Of a DNA stretch of 64,000 nucleotides, positions 1-11,499 are shown in pieces. Each line of letters begins with the position of its first letter. Position 1 is the first letter of the stretch. Made by a program: the position numbers and the translations under genes. The notes under the pieces were generated by a model. It saw nothing but the letters and a program-made list of their open reading frames with translations. It did not search any database and was not told the origin of the DNA. The DNA lies in contig NC_086100.1 of NCBI RefSeq assembly GCF_963921235.1, forward strand, positions 199,580,001 through 199,644,000, read 5' to 3'. The DNA comes from Mobula hypostoma (taxonomy: Eukaryota).

Positions 1-247
1 GTTATATGTCAGCGGTGGATGATGGAATTAATAGTTTTATGGCCAAGCTTGTAGACGATATGAAGATAGGTGGAGGTGCAAGTAGTGTCGTGGATGTAGG
101 GAGCCTGCAGAAGGACTTAGATACATTGGAGAATGGGCAAGAAGTAATAGCCAGAATATAATTTGGGGAAGTGTATGGTCATGCACTTTGGTAGAAAGAA
201 TAAAGGCATGGCTCAAACATGAGTACATCTGCACAGGCTGGAAATCC
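1..247 (+). mobile_element. Degraded CR1 LINE ORF2 (RT) fragment
   Basis: Decayed 'KL.DDMKIGG ... SLQKDLD.LGEWA ... HFGRKN' sequence resembling the intact CR1 RT copies elsewhere in the window. Confidence 0.7.
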
Positions 248-254
248 AAGGTGA

Positions 255-1700
255 CACACGCAAAATGCTGGAGGAACTCAGCAACCCAGGCAGCATCTAT
301 GGAAAGGAATAAGCAGTCGACATTTCGGGATGAGACCCTTCATGAGGACTGGCGAAAAGGATGAGGTCAGAGTAAGAAGGTGGGGGGGGAGGGGAGGGAG
401 ATGGTAGGTGATAGGTGAAATGGAGAGGGGGAGGAAGTTGATCGGTTACAGAGAAGAGGAGGAATCTGATAGGAGAGGGTAGAAGACCATGGAAGAAAGG
501 GAAGGAGGAAGAGCACCAGAAGGAGGTGATGGGCAGGTAAGGAGAATTGTGTGAGAAGGAAACAGAACTGGGGAATGGTGAATAGGTGGGTAGAACTTTG
601 ATAAATTGATGTTCACGCCATCATGTTGGTGGCTAACCAGATGGAACATTAGATGTTGTTCCTCCAACCTAAGTGTGGCCTGATTGCTGCAGTAGAGAAG
701 GCCATGGACTGACATATTGGGATGGGCATAGGAAGTAGAATTGAAACAGGTGGCTACTAGGAGATCCCGCTTTTTCTGGTGGATGGATTGTAGGTGCTAA
801 GTGAAGTGGTCTCAGAGCATCTACATTGGGTCTCACCTATATACAGGAAGTCACACCGGGAGCACTGAACATGGTAGATGACCACTACACACTCTCTCAG
901 ATTATGGCTCCTCACCCAGAAGGACTGTTTGAGACCCTGAATGGTAGTGAGGGAGAAGGTGTAGGGGCAGGTGTAGCACTTGTTCCACTTGCAAGGACAA
1001 GTACCAAGAGAGAGATCAGTGGGGAGGGATGAGTCAACAAGGGAGTCACATACGGAAAGTGGAAAGTGGAGCGGGGATGGGGGTGGTGGTGGAGATGTGC
1101 TTGCTGGTGGGATCCCATTGGAGATGGCGGATATTATGGAGAACTATGTGCTGGACGTAGAGGCTGGTGGGGTGGTAGGAGAGAAAACGAGGAACCCTAT
1201 CCCTGGTAGGGTGGTGGGAGGTTGGGGTGAGGGCAGACGTGCACAAAATGGAAGAGATACAGGTGAAAGCAGCATTAATGGTGGAGGAAGGAAACACCTT
1301 TCTTTGAAAAAGCAGGACATCTCATGAAGTTTGGAAAGAAAAGCCTTATCCTAAGAGCAGATGCGGTGGAGATGAGGGAACGATGAGAAGGGGAGGGCAT
1401 TTTCACAGTTGACAGGGTGGGAGGAGGTATAGTCCAGGTAGCTGTGAGAATCAGTGGATAGACTTTCTCCAGAGATAGAGACAAATCAAGAAAGGGGAGG
1501 GAGGTGTTGGAAATGGACCATGTAAATTTGAGGGCACAGTAGAAGTTGGAAACAAAGTAGGAGAAGTCGATGAGCCCAGCACGGGTGCAGGGGGCAGCAC
1601 GAATGCAGTCGTCCATGTAGCATAGGAAGAGTTGGGGAGCGGTACTGGTGTCGGATTGGAAGATGGACTGTTCCACATAGCTGACAAAAAGACAGGCATC
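255..1700 (-). mobile_element. Penelope-like retroelement, 5'-truncated (RT C-terminus, GIY-YIG endonuclease, 3' pseudo-LTR end)
   Basis: The minus strand encodes 'YMDD...FVSNF..ALKFTWSISNTSLPFLDLS' (ORF 1275-1772), 'LYIGETQC' at ~822-848 and 'LRLEEQHLMFHL...DGVNI' (ORF 446-715). It ends in a hammerhead-like motif and 'gctgagttcctccagcattttg'. Many frameshifts. Confidence 0.8.
314..351 (-). ncRNA. Decayed minimal type-I hammerhead ribozyme motif in Penelope end
   Basis: Minus strand reads cagtc-CTCATGA-agggtctcatccc-GAAA-tGTC-gactg. Stem I is cagtc/gactg and stem II is ggg/ccc. The CUGAUGA core has a G>C change. Confidence 0.6.
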
Positions 1701-1965
1701 GAGGACATCTTCAAACGGTGATACCTTAAGAAGGCAGCATCCATCATTAAGGACTCTCAGCATCTGGGACAAGCCCTCCTCTCATTGCTACCATCAGGCA
1801 GGAGGTACAGGAACATGAAGACCTACACTCAATGTTTCAGGAACAGCTTCTTCCCCTCTGCCATCTGATTTCTGAACAGTCCATGAACCCATGAACACTA
1901 CGTCACCATCTTGCTCTCTTTTGGCACAACTGTTTTGTTTATTAATGTAACTTAACGTAATACTT
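1701..1965 (+). mobile_element. Rex1/Babar-like LINE 3' fragment
   Basis: Encodes 'KAASIIKD...PSGRRYR...FRNSFFPSAI', the same C-terminus as the LINE at 57594-60660. Confidence 0.7.
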
Positions 1966-2137
1966 TTATGTGATGAGTGGTGTACCACGGGGATTGGTTC
2001 TGGGACATCTGTTGTTCTCTACTTATACAAACAACTTGAGCATATCGAGTCAACTCTGCCATTCCATCCTGACTGTTTCACTAATCCATTCAACCACGCT
2101 CTCCTGCCTTCTCCCTGTAACTTTTGACACCCTTACT

Positions 2138-2400
2138 GGTCGCCATGGTGGCACAGAAGTTAGCGTGATGGTATTACAGCTTGGGGTTCAGAGTTTCATG
2201 ATGGCATCATTGTCAGGACTCACTGTACACCCTCCTGATGGGATGAGTGGGTTTCTCCCACAGTTAGACATACTGGGTGGGTGAGTTGGGAATTGTAAAT
2301 TGTCCCGTGAGGTGGATAGGGTTAAATCAGGATTCTCGGGTATTACTAGGGTGACCCACCTCGACGAGCTGGAAGGGCCTATTCCATATTTTATATCAAA
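2138..2400 (+). mobile_element. Degraded tRNA-derived SINE (V-SINE-like)
   Basis: A-box-like 'ggtggcacagaagttagc' followed by 'gtgggtttctcc...ttgtaaattgtcccgtg', similar to the SINE body at 44960-45150. Confidence 0.4.
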
Positions 2401-3002
2401 ATTAATCTTTTGTACCTTGGCCCCAGAGGAAGGCTGTCTCATTCGGCTGTATCCATGTATGGTTTGAAAGACAATTATACTTGATTTGGTTTGAAATAAA
2501 TAAAATAACCAAGAACCTGTGGATCTCCAGGCAAAATGCAGGGAAATAGGACAGGCTCAGATGGGAATCTTGTTCGGGATGGACAAGTTGGTCCGGAGGC
2601 TCTATAACAATATGATGCTGTGCAGATTTGGGGAATTAAGAAGGCAGCAGAGGTGAGTGAGGAGGACCTGGGGGAGAGCAATGGGACAGACCATTGCATA
2701 TTTAGAGCCCACCTACCTTGTCGAGACCATTGGAAGAGCTGGGGGTGATGTCACCATTCAGGAAGTGATATGTATCAGTGGAAACAGCTGATTGGTGAGC
2801 AGCAAGGGTGGATTGTTCACTGAAATAAAGATAAAGGCAGGGATGTTACATTGTAACAGGCAGTGTTTATCGACAAAGAATCTTGCTGGTGGTTTCATTC
2901 TCTCCATTACTTTCAGTGCCACACACTCCTGAGTGTAGGAGAACAGGAGGATAGGTCAGATGAACACAGCTGAGTGATGGTATAGGAGAGAAGGGTTTAG
3001 AT

Positions 3003-3330
3003 TTAGAAACATAGAAAACATAGAAAACATACAGCAAAATGCAGGCCCTTCGGCTCACAAAGCTGGGCCGTACATGTCCCTACCTTGGAACTACCTAGGC
3101 TTTACCCATAGCCCTCTCTTTTCTAAGCTCCATGTAGCCATCCAGGGGTCTTTTAAAAGATCCTATTGTTTCTGCCTCCACCGCCGCTGCCAGCAGCCTA
3201 TTCCATGCATTCACCACTCTCTGCATAAAAAACTTACCCCTGACATCTTCTCTGTACCTACTTCCAAGCACCTTAAACCTGTGCCCTCTTGTGGCGGCCA
3301 TTTCAGCCCTGGGAAAAAGCCTCTGACTAT
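3003..3330 (-). mobile_element. CR1 LINE 3' end with (tgttttcta)n tail
   Basis: 'TRGHRFKV...FFMQRVVNAWNRL' (ORF 3095-3394) plus a microsatellite tail. Confidence 0.85.
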
Positions 3331-4112
3331 CTGCATCACTGAGAATGTTTCGGAGCAATGCGGGACATTTACAAGCCGAGTGGTTTGTGTCCAATCCAGG
3401 ATGGAGTCAATATCCCTACAGGGAGTTTACTGGTGCTGCTAGGGTGGGTTTAAGCTTATTTGACAGGGTGGGGGCACACAGAGACTATGACCAGGAGGAG
3501 AGATGATACTGTCAAATATAAAAAGAAAATGAGGTCACTCTAGTGGGCAGATCACAGCTGATAATAATGCTCGGGGCGGACTGCAGGGCTAAAATGCTCT
3601 GAGTAAATGCAAGAAGACTGACTGGTCAGGCAGATGAACTGATAAACTGTGTCCAGGAGATATTTTTGAGTCTGTCTGAAGATGGTTCTACAGGAGATGC
3701 AGCCACACTTAAGCAGCTGTTGGGGAATATCCCTCAGCATGGGGATGCTGTGTCCATGAGGGAGTGTTATGGGATCAGATTCCATAACAATCACAGGAAC
3801 AGTCTGGTGGGCTTAAAAGCAGAAGGGAAAGGTGGACAGGTGGGAGGAGATAACTGATCCTAAATCAGTAGAAGCTTCCTCCTGTGTCTGTGATTCCAAT
3901 CACACTGTCTCACCGATCACACTCTGTCAGAAATAACATGTGGAATGTGGGTGAACTGAATTCCAGAGACACAGTGAATCAGTCTAAACCAAACTAAAAC
4001 AGCAAAAGGCAGAGTGAGTGATGAACCAGCTGTTTCTGTCAGTGACCCGGCCAGTGACTAACTGCTTCAGACTCTCAGTGTGACCTCTGTTACTGTACCC
4101 TGGTTTTATAGA

Positions 4113-4742
4113 TGTAACTGGGTCTTGGTTACACTGGCTGCTGAGGTGTCTAAAATGGCTTCTTTGTATGTTATATAAAATGGCTTTTCTGTAATAAAAA
4201 CTGCGACGTAAGGAGTTCTCTCTCTCTGCTTGTTTGGGTTATATTATTGATAAGGAAGAAAAATTGATCCAATGAGTGTCCATGTTATTCTTTTTGTGAG
4301 TGATATTCTGTCTCATATGGCTGGGAACTGTGTGGCTTGGCGGGTTTTCGGGAGGAGAAGCGAAGAGGAAGGACGTGCTGGACGCGCTCTGGTCGACCAC
4401 CGTGGTTGGTCCCAGGCGGCGGATCGAGGAGGTCGGAGGAGATCAAATGGTGGAAAAAAGACTCTGTTAATTGAGCTCCAACGGTTGTGCACGAAATGGT
4501 TGAACTCTGATAAGTTTGGCGCCTTTTACTTTCCTTTTATATTGTATCTCTATTAATTACATAGTTCCAGTAAGATCTATAAATTGTAATCTGTAAATCG
4601 TACATTGTGTACTGTCTGATATTTGAGGTGTGAGTTTGAACCAGGGTGCATTACACAGCAACTACGCGAAACGTGAGACACGGTTTGACGGGCGGATGAG
4701 TTTTCCCCGAGATAAACACGAGCCGATAGCCTGAGCGTTACA
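4113..4742 (+). repeat. 5' LTR (630 bp)
   Basis: tgtaac...gttaca termini; direct repeat of 10709-11334. Confidence 0.95.
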
Positions 4743-4746
4743 TTTG

Positions 4747-4764
4747 TGGGGGCCATCGTCCGGG
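4747..4764 (+). promoter_or_regulatory. Primer-binding site, tRNA-Pro-like
   Basis: tgggggccatcgtccggg just after the 5' LTR resembles the tRNA-Pro PBS TGGGGGCTCGTCCGGGAT with a small insertion. Confidence 0.75.
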
Positions 4765-4792
4765 GTTGAATTCTGTGGAAGCTGTGTAAATA

Positions 4793-6270
4793 GTGCCAAG
4801 ATTAAGTAGTGCGGATACGGACCAGGATAGGATTGTAAACTGGTGTGAGTTCAAGGACGTACCGATTAATCATGCGTGCGTGTTAAGTGGGGTGGATTTC
4901 CGCACTTCGGAAGAAGTTCTAGAGCGAGGTTTGAGTCTGATTAAAGCTATCGGCAAGGTAGAACTGATAGCTAGAAGGTGCAGTAAAGAAGTGGAATCCG
5001 GCTGGGTGTTGGATCGTATGAGTGCTGACGTCATGACGTTGGAACTGCCAGCGATGGTCAGTGTCCTGGGGGAGGCGGGGCCATGGGGCCTCCACACCCC
5101 CCCCCCCCAGGAGGACGAATGTGAGGAGACACCGGAGGAAGAGTTTGATGAGGCACTGGGGAGGTGCAGGTAGCCAGCGGTGGAGGGTTGAAGGAATTTG
5201 TGAGGAAATGAGTTCTGAGGGTAATGAGGGAGGAGGGGCAAGAGGGGTCAGAGTGGGAAGGATTGGTCAGACCTGTCCCCCAGCTAGAGGTGGGATCTCC
5301 GAGTTGGCAGCCGCCATTACCTCCCTGGTGAGAAGGACCGAGGGGCCCCTCCAGAAGCTGAGAATTTTCTCAGGAGCCACGCCTACCCCGGAAGGGCAGG
5401 ACGATTATGAGACAAGGATGGAAAACACGTCCCAGTTGTTAGGGGAGCGGCCAGGCTCAGATGAGGAAAGAGACAGCAATTGGTGGAAAGTTTGCGGGGA
5501 GAGGCGGCTGGTGTCGTCCGGGGGCTGAAAGCTGAACAGCCCCCGGCTTCCCTGGCGGAGTATCTGGAAGCTTTGGAGGGTGCGTTTGGATTGAGGGGAG
5601 GTTCCTGGGAGCTTTTCAGGGAGTTTCAAAACATACGGCAGGGAAGAGGGGAAAAGCTCTCAGAATACATTTTTCGGCTGGAGATAATGGTTACTGGGTT
5701 GCTGCGCCAAGGGGTAGTGAAGGTGGAAGAGATGGCGAAGTTGAGGATGAATCAGATATCCAGGGGTTCCCTGGAGGAGGACAAGGTGGCATGGAGTCTC
5801 CGGCGGTCCTATAAAAGGAGCCCCCCTCCCCCTCCATCGTTCAGTCAGCTGATTAGAGAGATGCGGGAGGATTAGAGCGCGTTGGGCTGGAGAGAGGACT
5901 CTGTCCACCGGGGACGATTCTCAGCGGTACGGGAGGTGGTGGCAGAGTTGAGAACCGAGTGACCCAAGTGGGTAGGGGCCCCTCACATGAGTGGGTTGAC
6001 AAGGAGAGCACCCCTTCAGGGGACGGGCCGCGCAGAGGGCTGAGAGTGGCGGGCATCCTGGGAGGAGAGGGGCGGCGGGTAGTGTGTGCTATAACTGTAG
6101 GAAAGAGGGGCATTTCCGGCGGGAATGTGAGCGGCAGGAGGTGTGCTACAGCTGTGGGGAAGAGGGACACTTCCGGAGGGATTGTGAGAGACAAGACGCT
6201 CCGTGGAGGGCAAGCCCCCCAGGTGACTAAGAAGGGAGAGGTGTCAGGAAACTTAGGAGAGACTCAGTGA
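4793..6270 (+). pseudogene. gag: Gypsy gag, PNMA-like capsid with two CCHC zinc knuckles (frameshifted)
   Basis: 'IVNWCEFKDVPINHACVLSGV', 'KLRIFSGATPTPEGQDDYE' and 'VESLRGEAAGVVRGLK...YLEALEGAFG...QGRGEKLSEYIFRLE' resemble PNMA-type gag. Knuckles: CYNCRKEGHFRREC (~6087-6128) and a frameshifted CYSCG.EGHFRRDC (~6144-6185). Confidence 0.85.
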
Positions 6271-9200
6271 GGGAACGGACTGGAGTCTCAGGAGGAACAG
6301 GTTCCCCGAAATCTACCATGGGACCCCTACAAGCCCAAGCCCTTATTCCGGACGGATTAGTGAGACCCCGTTCCAGCGTGTCCCTACGGATAGAGGGAAT
6401 CTTTGCAAGGGCCATCCTGGACACCAGGTCACAGGTTACCTTATTGTACCGGTCGTTCTACAACAAATATCTAAAGCATTTGCCTGTAACCCTGTTTAAT
6501 GCCCTGGATATTGGGCTGTAAGTGATGGTGATTACCTGTACGATGGCTACCTGTCAGTGAGACTGGAATTCTTGAGGGCGATGTGGGAGTGTCGGAAGCC
6601 CCTGACACGTTGGTGTTGGTTTGTCCGGACCCGGTGGAAACATGGCACTGCCCTTCTGGTGGGGACTGACTCCCCTCTGGTGCGACGGCTCCTGGGAGCC
6701 TGTAAGGAGAAGGCGGGGAAGAACTTTCTGGAGACTCTCTCGGTACACCCAGTGGTTTGAGCTGCGTTCGAGGAAGTGGGTGGCCACAGGGGGCTGGATC
6801 CTGAGTGCAAACGAGGGACGGTGTGGTGCACTCAGGCGAAGCCTAAAGTGGTACGGCCAGGGGAGGTGGCACTATTGATGGGGACCCCCAGATTCCCCGG
6901 AGTACCAGCGGGCAAGACCCTATTAGTAGACGCACCGGAAGATTTGAAAGGGTGTCCCAGTTCACAGCTGGGGTGCTTGTGAGACCTGAATTGCAGAGGC
7001 CCTCGGCTGTACAGGCACGGCGGATGGGGGTGATTGTAAGGAATACGACGGAGAGGGAGATCACCTTTCAGCGCGGGATGCCCCCCTCGCACTTGTTCCT
7101 GGTGACGGTGATGTCTAGCGCCCCCCGTGAGGCCCACTGCAGGAAAACGATTGGAGAACAGGGGGCGGCTGACCGAGGAGGCCTTTAATTATGAGGACGG
7201 GCTCCCCTGTGCCACCGGAGTGTAAGAGAAGGCTGGTGGAGAAGATGCTGAAACTAAGGGATGTCTTTTCTCAGGGAGAGTTTGATGTGGGTTGTTCCAA
7301 GAGCACTCGGCACACTATCCAGGTGACAAATGACACCCCGTTTAGAGAAAGGTCGCGGCGGCTGGCCCCGGCTGACGTGGAAGATGTACGGCAGCACTTG
7401 CGCCAGTTGAAAGACGCAGGGATTATCGCGGAGTCCCGGAGCCCCTATGTGGCCCCCAGAGTGGTGGCCAGGAAGAAAAATGGGAAGGTACGCATGTGTG
7501 TAGACTATAGGACCCTGAACCGCCGCACTGTCTCCGACCAGTATACGGTCCCGAGGGTTGAAGATGCCTTGGCCTGTTTGAGTGGGGCCCAGTGGTTTAG
7601 TGTATTGGATTTGCGGAGTGGGTATTACCTGATTCCGATGAATGGGGCCGATAAAGAGAAGACGGCATTCATCTATCCCCTGGGATTCTTTCAGTTCGAT
7701 CGAATTCCCCAAGGCATATCGGGGGCCCCAGCCACCTTCCAGCGGCTCATGGAGCGGACAGTGGGGGACATGAACCTGCTGGAGGTATTGGTGTACTTGG
7801 ACGACCTGATAATGTTTGGATCTACGTTGGAAGAACATGAGGAGCGGCTGCTGAAGGTGTTAAGCCGGCTGAAGGAGGAAGGGTTAAAACTTTCCCTGGA
7901 CAAATGTCAGTTCTGCAAGACCTCTGTCGGCTATATCGGACACATAATCTCGCGAGATGGAGTGGCTACAGATCTGGCTAAGATAGACGCAGTGACCACT
8001 TGGCCAAGACCCCAGACGGTGAGCGCCCTGCGCTCGTTTTGGGGTTCTGATGTATTATCGGTGCTTCGTGAAAGGATACGCTAAAATGAGTCACCCATTG
8101 AACCAGCTTTTGTGCAGCTATCCCCCCGTGGGGAAGAAAAGGAAGGGAGACCAAGGGCAGGAGGATATCAGAACCTGTCAGAACCCTTTGGATCGAGGTG
8201 TGATACTCAACGTGAGGAGGCATTCCAATCGCTGACATAGGCCCCGGTGTTGGCTTTTGCTGATCCCCAGAAGCCGTATGTGCTACACACTGATGCCAGT
8301 CACGACGGTCTGGGGGCTGTCCTGTACCAGGAACAGGGAAACGGATTGAGGCCAGTGGTGTTTGTCAGCCGCAGTTTGTCGCCTTCTGACAGAAACTATC
8401 CCACTCACAAGTTGGAGTTCCTGGCGCTGAAATGGGCGGTGATGGACAAGTTGAGCGACTATCTATACGGGGCCAAGTTTGAGATGAGAACGGACAACAA
8501 TCCTCTCACTTATATTCTGACCTCGGGGAAACTGGACGCTACAGGGCATCGGTGGTTGGCGGCCTTGTCTGCCTATGAGTTCAGCCCGAAGTACCGGCCG
8601 GGGAGCCGGAACGTCGGTGCAGATACTTTATCTCGTCGGGTGCATGAGGGATCGGGCACGGATGAGGGGTAGGAGAGTGTAAAAGTGAAGGCCTTGTGTC
8701 AATTTGTGAATGACGCTAAAGCTGGGGACCCAATGGGGCCGGATTGGGCAGTGGATCAATTGGGGGCTGATGATGACGCGCTACCCACTATTTACTGTAA
8801 TTTTGACTGCTCTGAAGAACAAGCAGTTGCTGGAGGTGAGCCCCCAGGAAGTGGGGGCGGCTCAGCGTGATGACCCAGGCATTGGCACTATCTGGTACGT
8901 GGTTAAACAGGGGGATATGGCTCAGGCAGAGAAGGTGAAGCACGCCTCAGTGCCCCTATTACTGCAGGAGTGGCCTCGGTTGAAGCTGAAGAACCAAACC
9001 TTGTACCGGGTCACGTCGCCTCCGGACCACCCCCGGCGCTGGCAGCTGGTCATGCCTGAGAAGTATTGAAAGGCTGTGCTCCAGGCTCTACATGATGACT
9101 CCGGGCACTTGGGGGTAGAGAAGACCTATGGATTAGTCAAGGACCGGTTTTACTGGCCCCGGATGAGGGGGATTTTGAAGAATACTGTAAGACCTGTAGC

Positions 9201-10687
9201 CGTTGCGTCAGGAGGAAGACCCTGCCTGTGCAGGCGGCTCCGTTATCCCACTTGCAGAGTGCGGGACCCATGGACCTGGTGTGTATGGATTTCCTGTCTA
9301 TTGAGCCGGACACCAGCAATACTGCGAATGTCTTAATCATCACGGATCACTACACTAGATATGCTCAGGCGTTTCCCACTAAGGACCAGAAAGCGACTAC
9401 AGTGGCGAAGGTGTTATGGGAGAAGTATTTTGTACGTTATGGCCTCCCCCAGTGGATCCATAGTGATCAGGGACGGGAGTTCGAGAGCAGGCTTATACAT
9501 GAATTACTGGGTATGCTTGGGGTTGAGAAATCCAGGACCACGCCCTATCACCCGCTGGGTGATCCTCAGCCCGAGAGGTTTAACCGGACCCTGTTGGACA
9601 TGTTCGGGACTCTGGAGATCGGTCAGAAGAGTAAGTGGAGTCAGCACATCGGGCATTTGGTTCACTGTTACAATTGTACTTGCAATGACGCTACGGGGTA
9701 CTCGCCTTATTATCTGATGTTCGGGCGGAAAGCGAGGTTGTCCGTTGACCTGTGTTTTGGGACTGAAGCGGGTGAAATACCTTCGAAGCCCTATCTGAAT
9801 TACGTGTCCGATATGAGGAGGGAGTTGAAAAGGGCGTACGAGTTGGCTGAGGCAGCGGTCACCAAGCAGAATCAAGGGAATAAGAGGAGGTATGATCAGA
9901 AAGTGAAGTTCACCCAACATATGTCGGGAGACCGGGTCCTCATACAGAATTTAGGACTACCTGGTAAGCACAAGTTGGCGGATCGCTGGGCAGCCACCCC
10001 CTATGTGGTAGAGCGCCAGATGCCGAATCTCCCTGTTTACGGGTGAGACCAGAGGATGGGAGGGGGCCTATCATCGGAACCACCTATTGCCCCTGGGTCA
10101 AGGGGTGCAGGTAGACCAAGAGCCCGAATTCAAGTGTACGCCTAGTACGAGGACTCTGCGAGGGCGCGGGGCAAGAGACGGGGCTGGGCCCAGCCCTGGA
10201 AAGGAATACTAATTTGGAAGATGGTGATTCGGATGTGTGGTACCTGCTTCCATCCGTTAATTCCCCGGTACCGGGAGAAGAGGCTCCTGACCCTTCTCCC
10301 ACTGAGATAGGTGAGAGGAGGGAGGGTGTTAGGGGGCAACCTGGGATGCAGCCTGGGATACAGCCTGACTTGGAGGGAGAGAGGGTGGAACCAGAACCCG
10401 AGACAGAGGGCTCCGAGTTGACGAGGGGTCTCAGTGAGGGAGCGGGCAAGGGTTCGACAGGTAGACCCGGGGTGTCTCCAGGGTTGTCTGAGCCGGAAGG
10501 GTCGCCAGAGGAGGTACGGAGGTCTCAGAGAAGTAGGAACCCCTCGGAGAGGTTGACCTATGTAGCTCCGGGAGAACAGGGTGTGATCTCTACCGCTCTG
10601 GGAAGTTATGTCACTGCTTTATGCACCTGGGTTGGGTTTTGTGTTTTGCAAGGAGGATTGGTGAACTTTAATGTCATGAGGACATGA
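6267..10687 (+). pseudogene. pol: Gypsy pol: protease, RT, RNase H, integrase (several stops and frameshifts)
   Basis: Protease 'ILDTRSQVT'. RT 'RMCVDYRTLN...LDLRSGY...VYLDD'. RNase H 'LHTDAS...LEFLALKWA...TDNNPL'. Integrase 'LHDDSGHLG' and 'MDF...SDQG...PERFNRTL'. C-terminal 'RRSQRSRNPSERL'. Confidence 0.93.
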
Positions 10688-10695
10688 CTTTATTT

Positions 10696-10708
10696 GGTGG
10701 GAGGAGAG
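10696..10708 (+). promoter_or_regulatory. Polypurine tract
   Basis: ggtgggaggagag abutting the TG of the 3' LTR. Confidence 0.85.
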
Positions 10709-11334
10709 TGTAACTGAGTCTTGGTTACACTGGCTGCTGAGGTGTCTAAAATGGCTTCTTTGTATGTTATATAAAATGGCTTTTCTGTAATAATAACCGC
10801 GACGTAAGGAGTTCTCTCTCTCTGCTTGTTTGGGTTATATTATTGATAAGGGAGAAATGAACCAATGAGTGTCCATGTTATTCGTTTTGTGGGTGATATT
10901 CTGTCTCATATGGCTGGGGACCGTGTGGTTTGGCGGGTTTTCGGAAGGAGAACCGAAGAGGAAGGACGTGCTGGACGCGCTCTGGTCGACCACCGTGGTT
11001 GGTCCCAGTCGGAGGGTCGAGGAGGTCGGAGGGGATCGACTGGTGGAAAGAAGACCCCGTTCATTGAGCTCCAACGGTTGTGCACGAAATGGTTGAACTC
11101 TGATAAGTTTGGCACCTTTTACTTTCCTTTTATATTGTATCTCTATTAATTACATAGTTCAGTAAGATCTATAAATTGTGATCTGTAAATCGCACATTGT
11201 GTGCTGTCTGATATTTGATGTGTGAGCTTCAACCAGGGTGCATTACACAGCAACTACGCAAAACGTGAGACACGGTTTGACAGGCGGACGGGGTTTCCCC
11301 GGGATAAACACGAGCCGATAGTTTGAGCGTTACA
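10709..11334 (+). repeat. 3' LTR (626 bp)
   Basis: Direct repeat of 4113-4742, followed by the TAGA TSD. Confidence 0.95.
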
Positions 11335-11499
11335 TAGAGAGATTCAGAGCTTTCACTTTCAAATCCTCACAGACCACATCCTTTGCTCTTCAGGGATGTG
11401 AGTGTTTGTAAGGAGTCAAACAGACCTTCAGTCCAACTTATTCGTGCTGATCAATAACTACCTGTCTGTACTGATCCCATTAACAGCAACCCTCCTCGA

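Larger units (their letters stand above)
4113..11334 (+). mobile_element. Complete Ty3/Gypsy LTR retrotransposon (decayed), 7222 bp
   Basis: Two TG...CA LTRs, a 4-bp TSD TAGA (4109-4112 and 11335-11338), a PBS and a PPT. Domain order is gag-PR-RT-RH-IN. Confidence 0.97.

Noticed and set aside
4272..4556. 94-aa ORF repeated at 10865-11149
   Set aside because: It lies in the LTRs, so the repetition reflects LTR identity. No recognisable domain.
10214..10687. Possible env or extra ORF after integrase
   Set aside because: Low-complexity integrase tail ending in the usual RRSxR motif. No signal peptide or fusion-protein features.
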